A DNA stretch of 64,000 nucleotides from Escherichia coli. Its GTDB lineage: Bacteria > Pseudomonadota > Gammaproteobacteria > Enterobacterales > Enterobacteriaceae. The notes under the pieces are model-generated. The model was not told where the DNA came from and did not search any database. It worked only from the letters and a program-made list of their open reading frames with translations. The stretch is taken from NCBI RefSeq assembly GCF_050920415.1, contig NZ_CP169309.1; one strand, written 5' to 3'. Position 1 is the stretch's first letter. Each line of letters starts with the position of its first letter. The position numbers and the translations under genes are program-made. Of the stretch, positions 58,428 through 64,000 are shown in pieces.

Positions 58428-59178
58428 GTTTGAAGATATTCGCGGCGTCGCTTTTGATCTCGATGGTACGCTGGTGGACAGTGCTCCTGGTCTGGCTGCT
58501 GCGGTAGATATGGCGCTGTATGCGCTGGAGTTGCCCGTCGCAGGTGAAGAACGCGTTATTACCTGGATTGGTAATGGCGCAGATGTTCTGATGGAGCGTG
58601 CATTGACCTGGGCGCGTCAGGAACGTGCGACTCTGCGTAAAACAATGGGTAAACCGCCCGTTGATGACGACATTCCGGCAGAAGAACAGGTACGTATTCT
58701 GCGTAAACTGTTCGATCGCTACTATGGCGAGGTTGCCGAAGAGGGGACGTTTTTGTTCCCGCACGTTGCCGATACGCTTGGCGCATTGCAGGCAAAAGGC
58801 CTGCCGCTAGGTCTGGTCACCAACAAACCGACGCCGTTCGTCGCGCCACTGCTCGAAGCCTTAGATATCGCAAAATACTTTAGCGTGGTCATTGGCGGCG
58901 ATGATGTGCAAAACAAAAAACCGCATCCGGACCCACTGTTACTGGTGGCTGAGCGGATGGGCATTGCCCCACAACAGATGCTGTTTGTTGGCGACTCACG
59001 CAATGATATTCAGGCAGCAAAAGCAGCCGGTTGCCCTTCAGTTGGCTTAACCTACGGATATAACTACGGCGAGGCTATCGATCTTAGCCAGCCTGATGTA
59101 ATTTATCAGTCTATCAATGACCTTCTGCCCGCATTAGGGCTTCCGCATAGCGAAAATCAGGAATCGAAAAATGACTAA
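58420..59178 (+). CDS. gph: Phosphoglycolate phosphatase (HAD family)
   Basis: 252-aa ORF; HAD motif [11 protein letters not shown]; start overlaps the rpe 3' end by 8 nt. Confidence 0.95.
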   Translation: MNKFEDIRGVAFDLDGTLVDSAPGLAAAVDMALYALELPVAGEERVITWIGNGADVLMERALTWARQERATLRKTMGKPPVDDDIPAEEQVRILRKLFDRYYGEVAEEGTFLFPHVADTLGALQAKGLPLGLVTNKPTPFVAPLLEALDIAKYFSVVIGGDDVQNKKPHPDPLLLVAERMGIAPQQMLFVGDSRNDIQAAKAAGCPSVGLTYGYNYGEAIDLSQPDVIYQSINDLLPALGLPHSENQESKND

Positions 59179-60175
59179 GCCCATCGTTTTTAGTGGCGCA
59201 CAGCCCTCAGGTGAATTGACCATTGGTAACTACATGGGTGCGCTGCGTCAGTGGGTAAACATGCAGGATGACTACCATTGCATTTACTGTATCGTTGACC
59301 AACACGCGATCACCGTGCGCCAGGATGCACAGAAGCTGCGTAAAGCAACACTGGATACGCTGGCGTTGTATCTGGCTTGTGGTATCGATCCTGAGAAAAG
59401 CACCATTTTTGTTCAGTCCCACGTGCCGGAACATGCGCAGTTAGGCTGGGCACTGAACTGCTATACCTACTTCGGCGAACTGAGCCGCATGACGCAGTTT
59501 AAAGATAAATCTGCGCGTTATGCCGAGAATATCAACGCGGGTCTGTTTGATTATCCGGTGCTGATGGCGGCGGATATTCTACTGTATCAAACCAATCTGG
59601 TGCCGGTGGGTGAAGACCAGAAACAGCACCTGGAACTGAGCCGCGATATCGCTCAGCGTTTTAACGCGCTGTATGGCGATATTTTTAAAGTACCGGAGCC
59701 GTTTATTCCGAAATCTGGCGCGCGCGTAATGTCGCTGCTGGAGCCGACCAAGAAGATGTCCAAGTCTGACGATAACCGCAATAACGTTATCGGCCTGCTG
59801 GAAGATCCGAAATCGGTAGTGAAGAAAATCAAACGCGCGGTCACTGACTCCGACGAGCCGCCGGTAGTTCGCTACGATGTGCAGAATAAAGCGGGCGTTT
59901 CCAACCTGCTGGATATTCTTTCTGCGGTAACTGGCCAGAGTATCCCGGAACTGGAAAAACAGTTCGAAGGCAAGATGTATGGTCATCTGAAAGGCGAAGT
60001 GGCTGATGCCGTTTCCGGTATGCTGACTGAATTGCAGGAACGTTATCACCGTTTCCGCAACGATGAAGCCTTCCTGCAACAGGTGATGAAAGACGGCGCG
60101 GAAAAAGCCAGTGCACACGCTTCTCGTACGCTAAAAGCGGTGTACGAAGCGATTGGATTTGTGGCGAAGCCGTAA
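59171..60175 (+). CDS. trpS: Tryptophan--tRNA ligase
   Basis: 334-aa ORF; class I aaRS motifs (HIGN-type TIGNYMGA and KMSKS); start overlaps the gph 3' end. Confidence 0.96.
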   Translation: MTKPIVFSGAQPSGELTIGNYMGALRQWVNMQDDYHCIYCIVDQHAITVRQDAQKLRKATLDTLALYLACGIDPEKSTIFVQSHVPEHAQLGWALNCYTYFGELSRMTQFKDKSARYAENINAGLFDYPVLMAADILLYQTNLVPVGEDQKQHLELSRDIAQRFNALYGDIFKVPEPFIPKSGARVMSLLEPTKKMSKSDDNRNNVIGLLEDPKSVVKKIKRAVTDSDEPPVVRYDVQNKAGVSNLLDILSAVTGQSIPELEKQFEGKMYGHLKGEVADAVSGMLTELQERYHRFRNDEAFLQQVMKDGAEKASAHASRTLKAVYEAIGFVAKP

Positions 60176-60191
60176 TTTAACATTAATGCCA

Positions 60192-60217
60192 AAAACCGGG
60201 GGAACCCGGTTTTTTTA
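60192..60217 (+). terminator. Rho-independent terminator after trpS
   Basis: aaaaaccggg-ggaa-cccggttttttt. Confidence 0.7.
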
Positions 60218-60335
60218 TCCTCTTTTTGCAATAATCCGAAAAAATGTGAAGCGCCTCGCCATTTTCATATCTCACAGTTGCCACTTATCTTCAATTTAAT
60301 GAAGATATAAATATTCACTTTATTGAAAATTTACT

Positions 60336-61241
60336 ATGCGTCGAACGTTTATCAAAAAAGAAGGCGTCGTCATCACGACACTGGCCCGTTATTTGTTGGG
60401 TGAAAAGTGCGGTAATCGACTGAAAACCATAGATGAACTGGCAACTGAATGCCATTCATCGGTTGGTCTGACACAGGCCGCGTTGAAAACGCTGGAATCA
60501 AGCGGAGCGATACGGATAGAACGCCGTGGGCGCAATGGCAGTTATCTGGTGGAAATGGATAACAAAGCGCTGCTGAGTCATGTGGATATCAATAACGTTG
60601 TGTGTGCCATGCCTTTGCCCTATACCCGCTTGTACGAAGGTTTAGCAAGCGGGCTGAAAGCCCAGTTTGATGGCATTCCTTTTTACTATGCGCATATGCG
60701 CGGCGCGGATATTCGCGTGGAGTGTTTGCTTAACGGTGTCTATGACATGGCGGTGGTTTCCCGACTGGCGGCAGAAAGTTATCTCACGCAAAAAGGCTTA
60801 TGCCTCGCGCTGGAGTTGGGGCCGCATACCTACGTTGGTGAGCATCAGTTGATTTGCCGTAAAGGGGAGTCTGCAAAGGTGAAACGCGTGGGGCTGGATA
60901 ACCGTTCGGCGGATCAGAAAATTATGACCGATGTCTTTTTTGGCAGTAGCGATGTAGAACGTGTCGATCTCTCATATCACGAGAGTTTACAACGCATTGT
61001 TAAAGGCGATGTCGATGCGGTGATCTGGAATGTGGTAGCGGAGAGCGAACTGGCCATGCTGGGATTAGAAGCGATGCCACTGACGAACGATCTGCGATTT
61101 TTACAGGCTACTGAAGCCGTGATACTAACGCGTGCCGATGATTACCCAATGCAACAACTGCTGCGTGCAGTGGTTGATAAACAGGCCCTGCTTGCCCATC
61201 AACAACGAGTGGTGAGTGGGGAACAGGAACCCAGTTATTAA
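60336..61241 (+). CDS. yhfZ: Uncharacterized putative regulatory protein YhfZ
   Basis: 301-aa ORF at the syntenic position after trpS; N-terminal HTH-like segment; identity by synteny and remembered length. Confidence 0.75.
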   Translation: MRRTFIKKEGVVITTLARYLLGEKCGNRLKTIDELATECHSSVGLTQAALKTLESSGAIRIERRGRNGSYLVEMDNKALLSHVDINNVVCAMPLPYTRLYEGLASGLKAQFDGIPFYYAHMRGADIRVECLLNGVYDMAVVSRLAAESYLTQKGLCLALELGPHTYVGEHQLICRKGESAKVKRVGLDNRSADQKIMTDVFFGSSDVERVDLSYHESLQRIVKGDVDAVIWNVVAESELAMLGLEAMPLTNDLRFLQATEAVILTRADDYPMQQLLRAVVDKQALLAHQQRVVSGEQEPSY

Positions 61242-61257
61242 ATGAAAGGCATCTGAA

Positions 61258-61620
61258 ATGGAAACCAGACTCAACCTGCTTTGCGAGGCAGGCGTTATTG
61301 ATAAGGACATCTGCAAAGGCATGATGCAGGTCGTCAAGGTACTGGAAACCGAATGCCATTTGCCAGTGCGCAGCGAGCAAGGAATGATGGCGATGACACA
61401 TATGGCGAGCGCACTGATGCGCAGTCGCCGTGGTGAAGAAATAGAGCCGCTGGATAACGAATTGCTGGCAGAGCTGGCGCAATCCAGCCACTGGTCAGCC
61501 ATTTTACAATTGCATCAGGTGTTGTTGAAGGAATTCGCACTGGAAGTTAACCCGTGTGAAGAAGGCTATTTGCTGGCCAACCTTTATGGATTATGGATGG
61601 CTGCTAACGAAGAGGTTTGA
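61258..61620 (+). CDS. yhfY: Uncharacterized small protein YhfY (PRD-like)
   Basis: 120-aa ORF, syntenic. Confidence 0.7.
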   Translation: METRLNLLCEAGVIDKDICKGMMQVVKVLETECHLPVRSEQGMMAMTHMASALMRSRRGEEIEPLDNELLAELAQSSHWSAILQLHQVLLKEFALEVNPCEEGYLLANLYGLWMAANEEV

Positions 61621-61703
61621 GGCTCCCGACAAATCCACGTCGCACAACCTAAATATTCAAAAAAATGAATATTTAATTCAAGGAACAGAAACGAGGCAAC
61701 AAG

Positions 61704-62867
61704 ATGTTTGTAGAAGCATTGAAACGCCAGAACCCGGCACTGATTTCCGCCGCACTAAGATTGTGGCAACAGGGCAAGATCGCCCCGGACAGTTGGGTAA
61801 TCGACGTCGATCAGATACTGGAAAACGGTAAGCGGCTGATTGAGACGGCGCGGCTTTACGGCATTGAACTGTATCTGATGACCAAGCAGTTTGGTCGTAA
61901 TCCGTGGCTGGCAGAAAAACTGCTGGCGCTGGGTTACAGCGGCATTGTGGCGGTGGATTACAAAGAGGCACGAATCATGCGCCGCGCAGGTTTACCGGTG
62001 GCGCATCAGGGGCATCTGGTACAAATCCCTTGTCATCAGGTTGCTGACGCCGTTGAACAGGGCACCGACGTCATCACCGTGTTTACACTCGACAAAGCGC
62101 GGGAAGTTTCTGCGGCAGCGGTGACGGCCGGGCGGGTCCAGCCTGTGCTGCTCAAAGTTTATAGCGACGATGATTTTCTTTATCCGGGGCAGGAGAGCGG
62201 TTTTGCACAGCATTCGCTGCATGAGGTGGTTGCTGAAATCCAGAAACTACCGGGGTTACATTTAGCCGGATTAACCCATTTCCCTTGCCTGCTATGGGAT
62301 GAGGCTGCCGGGAAAGTTTTGCCAACACCGAACCTCCAGACGCTGGTCAATGCTCGTAACCAACTTCTGAAGTCTGGAGTTGTACTTGAGCAATTAAACG
62401 CGCCTTCAGCGACCAGCTGCACTTCGCTGCCATTACTGGCGGAATACGGTGTGACTCATGCCGAACCCGGCCATGCGCTGACGGGGACGATTCCGGCAAA
62501 CCAGCAGGGCGACCAACCTGAACGTATCGCCATGCTTTGGCTGAGCGAAATTTCCCATCACTTCCGTGGCGACAGCTACTGCTACGGCGGCGGTTATTAC
62601 CGTCGTGGTCACGCGCAACATGCGCTGGTGTTTACGCCAGAAAATCAAAGCATTACTGAAACATATCTCAAAGCCGTAGATGACAGCAGTATCGACTACA
62701 CCCTGCCGCTGGCAGGCGAGCATTCGGTAAGCAGTGCTGTGGTGCTCTGCTTTCGCACGCAGATTTTTGTCAGCCGTAGCGATGTGGTGCTGGTATCGGG
62801 TATTCAGCGCGGCGCGGCAGAAATTGTGGGGCGTTATGACAGCCTCGGTAACCCTCTGGAGGCGTAA
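61704..62867 (+). CDS. yhfX: Uncharacterized PLP-dependent alanine-racemase-fold protein YhfX
   Basis: 387-aa ORF, syntenic. Confidence 0.75.
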   Translation: MFVEALKRQNPALISAALRLWQQGKIAPDSWVIDVDQILENGKRLIETARLYGIELYLMTKQFGRNPWLAEKLLALGYSGIVAVDYKEARIMRRAGLPVAHQGHLVQIPCHQVADAVEQGTDVITVFTLDKAREVSAAAVTAGRVQPVLLKVYSDDDFLYPGQESGFAQHSLHEVVAEIQKLPGLHLAGLTHFPCLLWDEAAGKVLPTPNLQTLVNARNQLLKSGVVLEQLNAPSATSCTSLPLLAEYGVTHAEPGHALTGTIPANQQGDQPERIAMLWLSEISHHFRGDSYCYGGGYYRRGHAQHALVFTPENQSITETYLKAVDDSSIDYTLPLAGEHSVSSAVVLCFRTQIFVSRSDVVLVSGIQRGAAEIVGRYDSLGNPLEA

Positions 62868-64000
62868 TGGCGCGATTTGTGGTGTTAGTGATTGATAGCT
62901 TTGGCGTAGGCGCAATGAAAGATGTCACGTTGGTGCGCCCACAGGATGCCGGGGCGAATACCTGTGGTCACATCCTGAGCCAGTTGCCGCATTTGCAGCT
63001 ACCAACGCTGGAGAAAATGGGGCTAATCAACGCATTAGGTTATGCGCCAGGCGATATGCAGCCGTCAGACTCCGCAACCTGGGGCGTGGCAGAGTTGCAA
63101 CATGAAGGTGGCGACACCTTTATGGGGCATCAGGAAATTTTAGGCACGCGCCCGTTACCGCCGCTGCGGATGCCCTTTCGCGATGTGATTGACCGTGTTG
63201 AACAGGCATTAGTCACCGCTGGCTGGCGGGTTGAGCGCCGTGGCGAAGAGTTGCAATTTCTGTGGATTAATCAGTCGGTTGCCATTGGCGATAACCTCGA
63301 GGCGGATTTAGGCCAGGTCTATAACATCACCGCCAATCTCTCTGCGATCTCTTTTGACGACGCAATCAAAATTGGTCGTATCGTGCGTGAGCAGGTACCG
63401 GTCGGTCGGGTCATTACATTTGGCGGCCTGTTAACCGACAGCCAGCGCATTCTCGATGCGGCTGAAAGTAAAGAAGGGCGCTTTATTGGCATAAATGCGC
63501 CGCGTTCTGGCGCTTATGACAATGGCTTCCAGGTCGTACATATGGGCTACGGCGTCGATGAAAAAGTGCAGGTGCCGCACCAACTGCATCAAGTGGGCGT
63601 GCCCACGGTGCTGGTGGGTAAGGTGGCAGATATCGTCAGCAATCCTTATGGCGTGAGCTGGCAAAACCTGGTGGATAGCCAGCGGATTATGGATGTCACC
63701 CTTGACGAATTTAACACGCATCAGACGGCGTTTATTTGCACCAATATCCAGGAAACCGACCTCGCTGGTCACGCAGAAGACGTCGCACGTTATGCCGAAC
63801 GTTTGCAGGTCGTTGACCGTAACCTTGTCCGGCTTGTTGAGGCGATGCAGCCAGATGATTGCCTGGTCGTGATGGCGGATCACGGTAACGATCCGACCAT
63901 TGGTCACAGCCACCATACCCGTGAAGTAGTGCCAGTGCTGGTTTATCAGCAAGGGCTGGTCCACACGCAACTCGGTGTGCGCACCACGCTTTCTGATGTG
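62867..64000 (+). CDS. yhfW: Phosphopentomutase-like metalloenzyme YhfW, N-terminal 378 codons (3' end outside the window)
   Basis: ATG at 62867 overlaps the yhfX stop (TAATG); frame open to the window end; [20 protein letters not shown]...; not in the ORF track because no stop lies in the window. Confidence 0.75.
   Translation, partial: MARFVVLVIDSFGVGAMKDVTLVRPQDAGANTCGHILSQLPHLQLPTLEKMGLINALGYAPGDMQPSDSATWGVAELQHEGGDTFMGHQEILGTRPLPPLRMPFRDVIDRVEQALVTAGWRVERRGEELQFLWINQSVAIGDNLEADLGQVYNITANLSAISFDDAIKIGRIVREQVPVGRVITFGGLLTDSQRILDAAESKEGRFIGINAPRSGAYDNGFQVVHMGYGVDEKVQVPHQLHQVGVPTVLVGKVADIVSNPYGVSWQNLVDSQRIMDVTLDEFNTHQTAFICTNIQETDLAGHAEDVARYAERLQVVDRNLVRLVEAMQPDDCLVVMADHGNDPTIGHSHHTREVVPVLVYQQGLVHTQLGVRTTLSDV

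Overview
This window looks like an Escherichia coli chromosomal segment, syntenic (reverse-complemented) with the K-12 region running from glgP through the glp, rtc, mal, feo, ompR-envZ, pck, hsl, mrcA, hof, aroKB-damX-dam-rpe-gph-trpS genes to yhfZYXW. Gene identities come from reading the supplied ORF translations against remembered E. coli proteins; no database search was run. Against that conserved backbone, two blocks appear to be accessory. (1) Between glgP and glpD (about 1.9-6.7 kb) there is a three-gene cluster of paralogous modules (a polytopic membrane domain and a PstS-like periplasmic binding domain, once fused, once as a lipoprotein, once as membrane domain alone), followed by an IS110-family element most consistent with IS621 inserted in a REP site. 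Its recombinase is split by a frameshift, and its upstream leader has the features expected of a bridge RNA. (2) Between envZ and pck (about 35.65-38.3 kb) there is a low-GC, terminator-bounded three-gene cassette encoding an SMI1/KNR4 (SUKH)-like protein with a helical-repeat tail, a second small protein with a SUKH-like C-terminus, and a two-TM membrane protein. No toxin gene is adjacent, so it looks like an orphan immunity-type cassette of unknown function; this is the best candidate for an undescribed system. In addition, rtcR is split in its N-terminal CARF region by a frameshift while rtcBA are intact. No rRNA, tRNA or CRISPR array was found. Both frameshifts could be assembly errors and need read-level confirmation.
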